From an uncultured Paenochrobactrum sp. (lineage in GTDB: Bacteria > Pseudomonadota > Alphaproteobacteria > Rhizobiales > Rhizobiaceae): 64,000 bases of DNA. The stretch covers positions 14,717 through 78,716 of the forward strand of contig CANQXU010000001.1 of the NCBI GenBank assembly GCA_947627865.1, read 5' to 3'. The notes under the pieces were generated by a model. That model saw only the letters and a program-made list of their open reading frames with translations. It was not told where the DNA came from and searched no databases. Positions 1-9,210 of this stretch are shown piece after piece. Each line of letters starts with the position of its first letter. Position 1 is the stretch's first letter. A program made the translations under genes and the position numbers.

Positions 1-1656
1 CGCAGCCATGACAGAGAGAAGTCCGATGATCAGATCCTCTTCGCCACCATCTTCGTTGTCCGGATTTTCACCGAAGTAGTCTTCAATCAGTTCAAAGAAG
101 TTGAGGCAGGGCTTCTTATCAGGGTGGAAGTCGAGATAGTCCCCGTTGTAGGTCTCACAAATATTTTTGTACGAATCACCCACATCGATACACCAAACCT
201 TCGCCCCCAGACTGCGATAAGCAGTAATTAGGTAGTTGGTTAAGAACGACTTGCCAGAGCCGGACTCCGCCGCAATACAGGCGTTGTAGTTTGTATCTGA
301 GTCGAAAAGGTCGAGCATCTGCACTTGGCCGGAGCGGGAAGTCAGCATTAGAGCTGGATTGCTGGTACCTTGCCAGTCGGCGTAAAGAGGAGAAATAACC
401 AAGGCTTCGCTCAATGCCAGCGTGCGGTAACGTCCCATTGATTTTTCTGCGCCTGCTTCGTTGAACATTGGCAGGGAGGAAAGGAAAATAGGGGCAACAA
501 AGTAACTATCAGGGATCATCTTGAACTGATAGGTGTTGAGGTAGCTGGCCGCTTCCTGGCTCGCACGGAATACTCCGTCTTTGGAGTTGGAGAAGATGGT
601 GACGGTAAACTTGGCCTTACAGATTGGTTCACCGTTATCCAGTTTGTCGCTTAGTAGGTCATACCCTTCACGAATAGTCTTCAGTGAGGGGATCCACTTC
701 ACCATTGGTCCATCGGTTTGTTGCACAATCCAGTTACGTTTCTGCGTGAACTTGGTCTTCGCGTTTTGCTGATCGAAGAAAATCATGCTCATGGACAGGA
801 TGCAGGACGACTTAATGCCGGTCGCGCCACTCATCATGTCACCGAGGAAGTATTGCGCCTGCCCAGGGAAGAACCGCTTAGGTAATTTCTTGGCACTTAA
901 TGTCCGTATAAACGTGGTACCGGTTTGTCGCTCACCACGCTGATTTTCGTCTTCTGGACTACCGAAGGCGCAGTATTTGTTGCGGATGAAGAACTCACGA
1001 TCAGGGTCAACAAGCTGCTCCGAGATCATCAAATCATCCTGCACTTGCAACGGATTACGGTCACGCCAAGATGCCGTTTCGCCTTGGTTTAAAATGGCAG
1101 ACAGCACGTCGATATAACGGTCGCGCGTTAGGGTGGCAGGGCACAGGCCGGTGATCCCCAGCGTCGTATCGAACGTGTTACGGAATTCAGAAATCAGGTT
1201 GAATTCCTCTTCGCGAAGGTCGTATTCATTCTTCACTGGCACCTTAACTGTGATCAGCAATAGGCAGTTGCGTACACGGGTTCCCGTTCCCTTCATGGGG
1301 AAGTCGGTGCTGTGAAGCAGGAACTTAGAACGGTTGTAGATTGCGTCACGCAACACTTCGTCTTCGCAATCCATGCGCAGAACGTCCATCTGATTAATTT
1401 TGCCAACGATATTCGGGCTGGCAATCAAGTCGAACTGCACAATGGTTTTCGCCGGGAAGTTGGACGACAGCAACGTTTGTAATTGCTGCATCTCTTTTCC
1501 GCTAGTACCGGACAGCGGACGGCAAAGGAAGCCGAATCCGATGTACTTGTTGTCACACAGAAAAATATGGTTCTGCTCATCGTATGCCCGAACAGGGCAC
1601 ACATCAGAGAAGCGTCGAATTGATTTCAAACGCTGTACGATAATGGACTCGCTCAT
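1..1656 (-). CDS. traC: F-type T4SS VirB4-like ATPase TraC, 5' part (runs off the window)
   Basis: Absent from the ORF track because it is open at the edge. Read manually from ATG 1656: MSESIIVQRLKSIRRFSDVCPVRAYDEQNHIFLCDNKYIGFGFLCRPLSG. Walker A NYNACIAAESGSGKSFLTN near 240-290. Follows dsbC as in SXT/IncC. Confidence 0.9.
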   Translation of the reverse strand, partial: MSESIIVQRLKSIRRFSDVCPVRAYDEQNHIFLCDNKYIGFGFLCRPLSGTSGKEMQQLQTLLSSNFPAKTIVQFDLIASPNIVGKINQMDVLRMDCEDEVLRDAIYNRSKFLLHSTDFPMKGTGTRVRNCLLLITVKVPVKNEYDLREEEFNLISEFRNTFDTTLGITGLCPATLTRDRYIDVLSAILNQGETASWRDRNPLQVQDDLMISEQLVDPDREFFIRNKYCAFGSPEDENQRGERQTGTTFIRTLSAKKLPKRFFPGQAQYFLGDMMSGATGIKSSCILSMSMIFFDQQNAKTKFTQKRNWIVQQTDGPMVKWIPSLKTIREGYDLLSDKLDNGEPICKAKFTVTIFSNSKDGVFRASQEAASYLNTYQFKMIPDSYFVAPIFLSSLPMFNEAGAEKSMGRYRTLALSEALVISPLYADWQGTSNPALMLTSRSGQVQMLDLFDSDTNYNACIAAESGSGKSFLTNYLITAYRSLGAKVWCIDVGDSYKNICETYNGDYLDFHPDKKPCLNFFELIEDYFGENPDNEDGGEEDLIIGLLSVMAA

Positions 1657-1679
1657 CTTAACCCCACAGAAAGAAGAAC

Positions 1680-2423
1680 TTATTGACCAGCCAGGAAGGC
1701 TTTGAGACCTTGTTTTGGTGCACCGATACTGAAAACACCGTCGTCACGAATAATGAATGGCACCATGCTCACACCCAACACCTGAGCGGTGATCGTGCGT
1801 CTCGCCAGTGCTTGTAAGTCGCAGTCTTTGACTTGGTCAAACTTGGTTTTCTCATGCGCAATGATTGCACGATCGGCACGATAGCGATCGGAGGCGCAGT
1901 ACAGCTCTTTGTTGCGGATTTGACTTGGTTCGCCTAGGGCACCCAGTGAAAGCACGTTTACCGTGTACTCATGCGGGTCGAGATCGGCAAGTTGATTAAG
2001 GGCAGCGGCACAATGCGTGCAGTTCGGGTCGGTGAACAAAATGGCTTTTTTCGGCCCATTCCCCCAGACAGCCGGTTGCAGATCAGCGATGTTTAGCTTT
2101 AGCTCTTTAATCGGAATGATGCTGGCGTACTTGGTGATGTCGTCAATCGTGGTCAGGTCTTTCTTGGCCCAGGTGTCATACATGGTGCCTTTAAACAGGT
2201 AGCGACCATTTGATGACAGTAGATTGACCTTACCGTCAACCTCCAAAGCAATGATACCATTGGTTGGCACAACGAATCGCTTGACGTCCTTGCTGTCCTT
2301 TGGTGCATTCATGAAGGCTTTATTGTTAAACACGGTATCAGCGCTCACGTCAGCACCTGCAAAAGCAGAAGCGGCAAAGCTGGCGGACAAAATCAGGGAT
2401 AATACTTTCTTACGTAGCTTCAT
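1680..2423 (-). CDS. dsbC: DsbC-family thiol:disulfide isomerase of the transfer region
   Basis: Signal peptide, NGRYLFKG dimerisation-domain motif, FTDPNCTHC, directly upstream of traC. Confidence 0.85.
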   Translation of the reverse strand: MKLRKKVLSLILSASFAASAFAGADVSADTVFNNKAFMNAPKDSKDVKRFVVPTNGIIALEVDGKVNLLSSNGRYLFKGTMYDTWAKKDLTTIDDITKYASIIPIKELKLNIADLQPAVWGNGPKKAILFTDPNCTHCAAALNQLADLDPHEYTVNVLSLGALGEPSQIRNKELYCASDRYRADRAIIAHEKTKFDQVKDCDLQALARRTITAQVLGVSMVPFIIRDDGVFSIGAPKQGLKAFLAGQ

Positions 2424-2746
2424 TGGTGTGCTCCTGTGAATGAGGCTACATTTTCAACGGTGCGTAGGTTGATTGACAGCGAAAAGGCCAGCAAAACGAG
2501 GTAGAAAACGGGTTGGGAAGGGTTGGGCGCTTGGGATGTTTTTTCAGAGGACAGAAAAAGGTAAGGCCGTTCGAGGGAGAACGGCCTTGCGCATGAATCC
2601 ATTTACCAAAATGTCTGAGTGGGGTTATCCAACGCGGGGGTAAGTCATGCATTGAATGTCAGTATTGGCAAAATGCGGTATGGTTACCATGCGTCGATAA
2701 TATTAATCTCAAACTCTATAAATAGCAATGAGACCCAGAACGAAAG

Positions 2747-2767
2747 AAAGCCGCGCTAGGCGGCTTT
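2747..2767 (-). terminator. Intrinsic terminator after traV
   Basis: AAAGCCGC-GCTAG-GCGGCTTT inverted repeat. Confidence 0.55.
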
Positions 2768-2837
2768 CATAATGCAACCGGCTGTATTTAAGGGGGAATA
2801 TTAAATCATTCAGTTTGCATTAATTTCAGCGTCAGCA

Positions 2838-3371
2838 TTATTTGTTAGGTGCTTGCGGACTAGACACCGCCGCTGGCGTGGTACTCATTGGGCGGATTGC
2901 CGCACTTCGGGTTGCGGCATGAGAGGCTCCAACTTCCCAACGACGCGGCTCAATCTCGGTGTACACGTAACCCGGCACGTTCAAGTCACCATCTGCGGAC
3001 TCGTAGGGGTCAACCAGAACACGCATCACTTGCGCCTGAGTACGGATCGGCTGAGGGTTTGCCGTTGCAGCCGGTACCGGCACATAACGGCCACCCGTTG
3101 CTACGCCACCTGCACTAACGCTACTTGAGGTACCGTTTCGTTTCAGGTCCACAGGTTTACCCGACAGTTGCTGTTCCGACACTTCATCAATACGGTCTTG
3201 GTAGTCATCACCATCGGTCAGCTGATGGATGTCACGGATGTTCATACACGTCACCGCATTGGGCATCCCCTTACAGCCATATTCTGAATTACCATCCACC
3301 AGCGAACAGCCTGACAATGCAGCGAGACCCGCCGTAGCGACACAGATTATTAAAAGACGTTTTTTCCACAT
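2838..3371 (-). CDS. traV: TraV outer-membrane lipoprotein
   Basis: Lipobox LAALSG-C, paired Cys YGCKGMPNAVTC, PIRTQAQVMRVLVDPY...GYVYTEIEPRRW motif, follows traB. Confidence 0.9.
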   Translation of the reverse strand: MWKKRLLIICVATAGLAALSGCSLVDGNSEYGCKGMPNAVTCMNIRDIHQLTDGDDYQDRIDEVSEQQLSGKPVDLKRNGTSSSVSAGGVATGGRYVPVPAATANPQPIRTQAQVMRVLVDPYESADGDLNVPGYVYTEIEPRRWEVGASHAATRSAAIRPMSTTPAAVSSPQAPNK

Positions 3372-3373
3372 AA

Positions 3374-4762
3374 TTAGTTAGCCCCGTTGGAATTGAAAGT
3401 TGTTGGTGTTGCCTTGCCGTTAGGCTTGACGCGAGTAAATTTCAGTGTCACGCCTTTTTGAACGATAAAATCGACACTGCGGCCCGGATCGATTTCGATC
3501 ACTGGGAACAGGTCACCCGCCATGTTCATGTAAAAATCAGCCAGGCGGTCTAACGCACCACCTACACCGGCAATGGCTGCACCTTGAAGCGCCTCACTGC
3601 TCATTACCTGCTCATAAGGTGTGTTATTTTTCTTACTGCTGTTGTTGTCACGCGTGACGTTGATGGTTGGAATGCTTTGAACACTGAACAAAGAGGATGC
3701 TGCTTGCAGGAAGCCCGCGGTCAGTGCTTTAGCCAGATACTGGCCTTGCTTGGTCACCAGACGACCACGCACACCAGCTTTGCCGTCTTCACCCACCGCA
3801 TAGGCATCAATCGGTGATTCGAACACAGCACCGTCATCACGGATGCAGGTGATCACCTCAGAACGGAAGTAGCCTCGTTCAGACGACAGCTCACCAAAGC
3901 CAGCGGCCAACATGCCACACTCACGCACGTCAGCTCGGAAACGGTTAGGCAGAATGGCATCTTTCTTAATACGGATCAGCGCCGGGTATGGGTCTTTACG
4001 TGCGTTCTGTGATGTGGGTGCATCCATACCAGAAATAAACACACCGCTCAGGATTGAAGTCGCTGGGAGGTAAGTCTGGAAGGATGGGTCATCATCAGGG
4101 TCTGCGGCTGCAACCTCTTTAATGTCTTCATGCACAGAGACAATATCCGGAGTGGCAGGGGCGACTTTTTTGCCGTCCTTGCCCTTAGCATCCGTATCCA
4201 AGCCGAAGTCGGCCGGATTAGGTTGCTGGGAGTTCTCATACACACGCTGAAGGGTATCGTTGTTATTCAGTTCATCATGAACACTGTCTGGCGTTAACTT
4301 CTCCACACCTTGCTTGGCATCTTTGCCTCCATTATAGATGTCTTTTGAACGAACAGACTTAGTGTATGGCATAACAGTTGCTGCCGATTCGACGCGCTTT
4401 TTCAGTTTTTCCTGTTCAATGCGGTCAGATCTTTGCTGCTGCTCAATGGTGATCAGCCGTTTGTTGATCTCTTCCACGTTGAGGGACTTTTTTAAGTCCG
4501 TGATATTGGTGTTTTGCTTTTCAATGGACTCACCCAAAGCGCGCAGACGTGCAGCAATTGCGTTCTGGCTTACGCCCTGGGTATCGGAATCAGTCAGCAC
4601 GCTGGAAATGATTTGCTCTGAAGGTCCCCGTGATGCTGGTTTTCGTGATTCAGGCATCAACATCAGTATGGACGGGATCAGCACCACCAACGTACCACCC
4701 CAAACAAAAAGGCGTTTCTTCTTGGCGTCCAGAGTTTCCCAGCGTTCTTTAATTTTACTCAT
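3374..4762 (-). CDS. traB: TraB (VirB10-like) core complex protein
   Basis: N-terminal TM, coiled coil, GMDAPT...LPNRFRAD...GELSSERGY...GEDGKAGVRGRLV motifs. Confidence 0.92.
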   Translation of the reverse strand: MSKIKERWETLDAKKKRLFVWGGTLVVLIPSILMLMPESRKPASRGPSEQIISSVLTDSDTQGVSQNAIAARLRALGESIEKQNTNITDLKKSLNVEEINKRLITIEQQQRSDRIEQEKLKKRVESAATVMPYTKSVRSKDIYNGGKDAKQGVEKLTPDSVHDELNNNDTLQRVYENSQQPNPADFGLDTDAKGKDGKKVAPATPDIVSVHEDIKEVAAADPDDDPSFQTYLPATSILSGVFISGMDAPTSQNARKDPYPALIRIKKDAILPNRFRADVRECGMLAAGFGELSSERGYFRSEVITCIRDDGAVFESPIDAYAVGEDGKAGVRGRLVTKQGQYLAKALTAGFLQAASSLFSVQSIPTINVTRDNNSSKKNNTPYEQVMSSEALQGAAIAGVGGALDRLADFYMNMAGDLFPVIEIDPGRSVDFIVQKGVTLKFTRVKPNGKATPTTFNSNGAN

Positions 4763-4769
4763 CGTCGTA

Positions 4770-5867
4770 TTACTCCGCTAATTTTGGACGGACAGAATCA
4801 TCGACTTGCGCCTGCTGAGACTGATTGCGAATGACAAAGTACGCTTCAGTCTTTTGACCTGGTTGAAGCGTGTTACGACTCCACAGGGCGCGCGCTGCGA
4901 GGTTAGGGTGAGTACACAGGGATTCATCTACCGTGATGGTAGATGCACCGGTATTTTGGGCCACACCCACAATGACACTGAACTGACTGCCCTGGATGTA
5001 CTGACCACCTGCGAAGCTGTATTTGATATTGTCCTGCGCAGTGCCTGTGCTGAAATTACAGTTTGGAACACTATTACCCCGACCTAAACTACCCATTGCA
5101 TAGCCCGGAGGGATATCACCCAGCGCGACTGCACGCAGAATGTTGCGGATAGTTTCGACGTAATTATCTTTTTGTTCCCATTTACGGGCTTTGGTTTCGT
5201 TACCGCCGTACATCACATTGCCTGCTGACTGCGTGTAACCAGACGCTGCTGGCGAATTTCCCACTTTACGGGAGAGCATTAACGAGGCTTGTACGGGCGC
5301 TATCTTTTGAGGAACCAGAGATAAAGACAGTGCGACGCTTTCATCGCCTTTTTCGCTGATGTACAGCGCGACCGGATTGGTGGAGCTCGTGGACACGTAA
5401 ATCACGTTACCTTGGACACTTACCTTCACGTCAGACAATTGCAAACGTTGAACAGTCGGGCGCTCAAATGGGGTAACGATACGGTTAAGCTGGCCGATTG
5501 AAATCGGGATCAGGGTATTCACGCCGGGCTCAACGATTAGGTCTTGACGAGAGGGAATGACATCATCCGTTAAACGAACAGGCTGAACAATGGAGTTAGG
5601 CACAGGCTGGACGTTGATACCGTCCACAGCGGGGTTGTCGCTGGAGCTGGCATTCATAGATGCGCCCGCCGTAGCGGTGTGGTTACCTTTTGACGAAGCT
5701 ACGACAACTGGCTCATCAGACGCAGAGTCTCCAGAGCGTTGAAGCACAACGCCGTTATCAACTGACAGTGTATTGCTTTTTACGTTAAGACCATTCGCAA
5801 TGGATGGTCCGGCAGTGATTGACGCGATTAACAGCGCCAGAATTTTTACGTGTTTACTATTCAACAT
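4770..5867 (-). CDS. traK: TraK secretin-like pilus assembly protein
   Basis: Signal peptide from ATG 5867 (GGGGA RBS), LNRIVTPF motif, between traE and traB. Confidence 0.88.
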   Translation of the reverse strand: MLNSKHVKILALLIASITAGPSIANGLNVKSNTLSVDNGVVLQRSGDSASDEPVVVASSKGNHTATAGASMNASSSDNPAVDGINVQPVPNSIVQPVRLTDDVIPSRQDLIVEPGVNTLIPISIGQLNRIVTPFERPTVQRLQLSDVKVSVQGNVIYVSTSSTNPVALYISEKGDESVALSLSLVPQKIAPVQASLMLSRKVGNSPAASGYTQSAGNVMYGGNETKARKWEQKDNYVETIRNILRAVALGDIPPGYAMGSLGRGNSVPNCNFSTGTAQDNIKYSFAGGQYIQGSQFSVIVGVAQNTGASTITVDESLCTHPNLAARALWSRNTLQPGQKTEAYFVIRNQSQQAQVDDSVRPKLAE

Positions 5868-6036
5868 TTGTTCCCCCGAACAGTGACGGACGCAATACAC
5901 AGGAAGTTACCGCGACGGTTTTGTTAGTGCTGTTCACTTTGTTTACCAAGCTTTCACTTATTCGTAAAAGCGCTCAAATTGTTTATAACCCGCACGAAGC
6001 GGGTGACGAAATTTAGGAGTTTGGGTCTCCCCAGAT

Positions 6037-6627
6037 TTATTTGTCGCCTTTTTTGTCGCTCGGCAGTTCAGCTTTACCTTGCTTGATGTTGATGAAGGTC
6101 AGCACCGGACGGTAACCTTTCACATCAATTGACATCTGGAACGTAACGGATTTAACGATAGGGTTACCCGTGATCCCTTCAAGACCTTGGCTACCTTCAA
6201 CAAAATAAGTGCCGGGGGCTTTGGGGTCGTGATATACACGGGTTGGCGTGAAGCTCAGACTGATACGGTCACGTTTAATTTGGTCAATCTGGTCGTCAAT
6301 ACGCTTCATAACCTGCGAGTAAATGCCCGCATCCAGGAATGGCCCGATAGACTTCTTCAGCATGTCCACAGAGTCTGGCGTTGCGTTACCCATTGAGTTA
6401 GCCAGGTAGATTGCCCACGCCTGCATATAAGGCTGACCTGCCGTCTTCTCATCTAACCAAGTGGTCTCGGTTAAGTTAGGTGGAACGATTGTTACGATCT
6501 GTGAACGGTTCATCAGCGTGGTGGAGAGAATGCCGATACACATAATGGAGACAACCAACACCAGCTTCAGCGTGGTGTTTTCGCCCTTCATGTTCAGTAA
6601 ACCTTTTTTGAAGTCTTGGCTCTTCAT
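6037..6627 (-). CDS. traE: TraE pilus assembly protein
   Basis: Single TM, IVPP and GNATP motifs, traL-traE-traK order. Confidence 0.88.
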   Translation of the reverse strand: MKSQDFKKGLLNMKGENTTLKLVLVVSIMCIGILSTTLMNRSQIVTIVPPNLTETTWLDEKTAGQPYMQAWAIYLANSMGNATPDSVDMLKKSIGPFLDAGIYSQVMKRIDDQIDQIKRDRISLSFTPTRVYHDPKAPGTYFVEGSQGLEGITGNPIVKSVTFQMSIDVKGYRPVLTFINIKQGKAELPSDKKGDK

Positions 6628-6923
6628 ACAATAAATTCCCGGTCGAATGCGTTAGGTACAATGGTGCTTTTCCCGAAGGAAACACCGAACTTCCAGTAAC
6701 ACAGGTGCAAAAAGTATTTTTCTGATGCTTTTTGCAGGAAGCTGCCGTAAAAACGGGTGATCACGATACCGATGAGTGACATCGTGAAGAGACGACCGGT
6801 GAAGACGCCGATCCCCAGGAAAACAAAAAATGGCATCGCTTCATCAACGCTCCAGAAGAAGAACTTCGGTGGATCATCGACAGAATGCGAGATGTAGACT
6901 GGTTCACTCATTCTTACCCCCAA
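6624..6923 (-). CDS. traL: TraL pilus assembly protein
   Basis: About 99 aa, VDDPPKFFFWSVDE motif, LHLCYW, overlaps the traE start. Confidence 0.9.
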   Translation of the reverse strand: MGVRMSEPVYISHSVDDPPKFFFWSVDEAMPFFVFLGIGVFTGRLFTMSLIGIVITRFYGSFLQKASEKYFLHLCYWKFGVSFGKSTIVPNAFDREFIV

Positions 6924-6980
6924 TTATGAAACGAAATACCCGAACCCCTTCGGGTGCTATAACACTGTACGCAAGCTTTT

Positions 6981-7808
6981 TTACTTCTCACCCCCCTGGG
7001 CTAATTGCGCCATCATCTGCATCAAGCCGGTTCCGTTAACGGAGCCTTGAACCATTGCCGACTTATCGCCATGCACCACGATATTTGCGGGCGTTTGTTG
7101 GATGTTGAGACGCGCTGCTTCTTTGACGTCTTCCGCGATTTTGGCGCTAGGGCGCGCGGCATTTACACACTCAATAATGCGCTGACCATCCAGACCGTTG
7201 TTCTCCGCTAACTTATCGAGAGGCGTTGCCAGGCCATGTCCGTCAGAGCGGGTGTCAGCGAAAATTGCACGCGCCATTTTGTAGAATGCGGGGTTACCAC
7301 CTTGCTCTGCGGCACACTCAGAGGCGAGTGACTCAGTGCGAGATGACTGTCCGTGTACTGGGACGTGTTTGAACACCATTGCAATATTGCCGGATGAAGA
7401 ATCCACCAGATCCATCATCTGTGGGAAATGAGTTTTGCAGTACGGGCACTCAAAATCTGAATACTCAATGACGTAAAATTGAGCGTCTGGGTTGCCGTAG
7501 ATACGCTCACTGTCCGTAGACGGCGAATAGGATTTAGAGGGCTTATCACCTGTGCTAAACCCGATTGCGTTGTCTGTTTTAGCCTGTTGGGATACCTTCA
7601 GACCAGAAGCCGCGATGTATCTGTCAAACGCTGATTCCAGATCCGCGCGATTACCAATAACACCGCTATTGCTGTCTGCCACGACAGCCAAGTCATTGAG
7701 CATGCGTGACTGCTTATCCAGTTGGTAAACGGCATAGCCGGACGTAGCCATCATGACGGCCAAAGGAACACCGTAAAGAAGCCATTTCAAACCATTTCGC
7801 TTAGCCAT
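6981..7808 (-). CDS. Membrane-anchored DsbA/thioredoxin-fold protein
   Basis: N-terminal TM, YGNPDA...EYSDFECPYCK, cis-Pro QTP. Confidence 0.85.
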   Translation of the reverse strand: MAKRNGLKWLLYGVPLAVMMATSGYAVYQLDKQSRMLNDLAVVADSNSGVIGNRADLESAFDRYIAASGLKVSQQAKTDNAIGFSTGDKPSKSYSPSTDSERIYGNPDAQFYVIEYSDFECPYCKTHFPQMMDLVDSSSGNIAMVFKHVPVHGQSSRTESLASECAAEQGGNPAFYKMARAIFADTRSDGHGLATPLDKLAENNGLDGQRIIECVNAARPSAKIAEDVKEAARLNIQQTPANIVVHGDKSAMVQGSVNGTGLMQMMAQLAQGGEK

Positions 7809-8098
7809 TAGTAACCTCGGGATTGTTGTAACTGCTCGGGAACGAAAACCATGTCAGGCTTTTTCAATTCACCGCGTTTTTTCATCTCGTTATGCTGAGC
7901 CTGCATTCGCGGCAGTAAAATCTCAGCCATTTCTTTATCCATTACCGACTGGTCTGTCAGGTAGTCTGTCTTCTGAATATGTTTCGCGATGACCGCAATA
8001 CGTTCGGTCTTGTTTGTAAGAACTACAGCGGTACATAAACTGGCAGTAAAGCCGAGACATAAGACGCCGGATAACACAATGTGCTTCATTTCAGACAT
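7808..8098 (-). CDS. Small membrane/secreted hypothetical protein
   Basis: GAGG RBS, hydrophobic N-terminus, stop overlaps the next start. Confidence 0.7.
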   Translation of the reverse strand: MSEMKHIVLSGVLCLGFTASLCTAVVLTNKTERIAVIAKHIQKTDYLTDQSVMDKEMAEILLPRMQAQHNEMKKRGELKKPDMVFVPEQLQQSRGY

Positions 8099-8186
8099 AG
8101 TTCACCTCGGGGGATAATTTACCATTCAGGTTTTGGTGCGGATAATGAAAAGCACCGCAAAACGCGGCGCTTTTCGGGGTAGGAGT

Positions 8187-8837
8187 TTAGATACGTTTTG
8201 GCAGGTTACTAATGAGCAGCGAACTACCTATCGGGATCATCACAATCATGATGAGCGCCCCTATCATTGGCGGTACTGGAAGGGGGACGAACAGAGACAG
8301 CAAGATACTGTAAACCCCCCAACCGATCAGCACCATGCTGCGGCGGTTAAGGAAAGGAGATGAATAGGCAAAGGTGTATCGCTTGGCGTTCCATCGCATG
8401 ATACCGGCAAAGATGGAGGGCAGCGTGACCACCAGCATATACGGCATCCAGTAGATGTTCAGTGTTAAGCGATACACGATCATATAAAACCAGTAATTCA
8501 GGTTTTCGGCCATGTTACGAAAGATAGACGCGAACAGATAAAGGGGCCCACCTTTGTTTGCCATATCATTCGCATCAAGTTCATAGAAATCCCTCAAAAA
8601 ACCATCCACACCGGTATCGACAAAAAACGAGCGGTAGTTCTGGTTAACGTCAGAGATCACAGGTGTGAAGTCCGAATCACCGATCAGTCTCTGGCCCCAG
8701 GCGACTTCTTTCTTCACGTTCTCGTAAAAATACGAGGCCGGGAAGAACATGGAAATGACGAACAGTACCGCCGTACTGAAGATAATGATCATCTTTATCG
8801 TCTGGGGCCACTTTTCTTCAGTCAATTGATCAAGCAT
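8187..8837 (-). CDS. traJ: TraJ/DUF4400-type coupling-associated membrane protein
   Basis: Multi-TM, FAYSSP motif, ends NLPKRI; traI-traD-orf-traJ synteny as in SXT/IncC. Confidence 0.75.
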   Translation of the reverse strand: MLDQLTEEKWPQTIKMIIIFSTAVLFVISMFFPASYFYENVKKEVAWGQRLIGDSDFTPVISDVNQNYRSFFVDTGVDGFLRDFYELDANDMANKGGPLYLFASIFRNMAENLNYWFYMIVYRLTLNIYWMPYMLVVTLPSIFAGIMRWNAKRYTFAYSSPFLNRRSMVLIGWGVYSILLSLFVPLPVPPMIGALIMIVMIPIGSSLLISNLPKRI

Positions 8838-9210
8838 GTAAAATCCTTAATGCGAGTTTGTCGGCCACCGCATTAATGAGCTCGCTGTTCAGCCTGCGGG
8901 GCAGCTTGCTGGTGGTCGCCAGCTCTGTGAACCCCATTTTCCCGCCGAGATGTTCGGTGACGAAATTTGCCAGCGTAATGAAGTAAACCGCTAGACGTTC
9001 CCAATCATTCAGTGGGCAATCGGTCTGTTGGTTATAAGCTGTGACCGAAGATTGCACGGCATCCGCCACCCGTCCTTTTGTCAGGTCACATGGCAACAAT
9101 GAAATTAGTGTTTGGGTGATTGGCTCTACACACGGCCAGATCAGCGTTAAGCTGTCATAGGCGTTACAGTCTTCCTTTCGCAAAAAATAGGTTTTCATCT
9201 TGTTCATCAT
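8830..9210 (-). CDS. Hypothetical protein in the traI-traD-traJ operon
   Basis: Overlaps both neighbours (translational coupling). Confidence 0.7.
   Translation of the reverse strand: MMNKMKTYFLRKEDCNAYDSLTLIWPCVEPITQTLISLLPCDLTKGRVADAVQSSVTAYNQQTDCPLNDWERLAVYFITLANFVTEHLGGKMGFTELATTSKLPRRLNSELINAVADKLALRILHA

Noticed and set aside
581-1705. Short + strand ORFs over 581-1705 and most other nested or antisense ORFs in the track
   Set aside because: Shadows of well-supported genes on the opposite strand or frame (here traC); no motifs or RBS.
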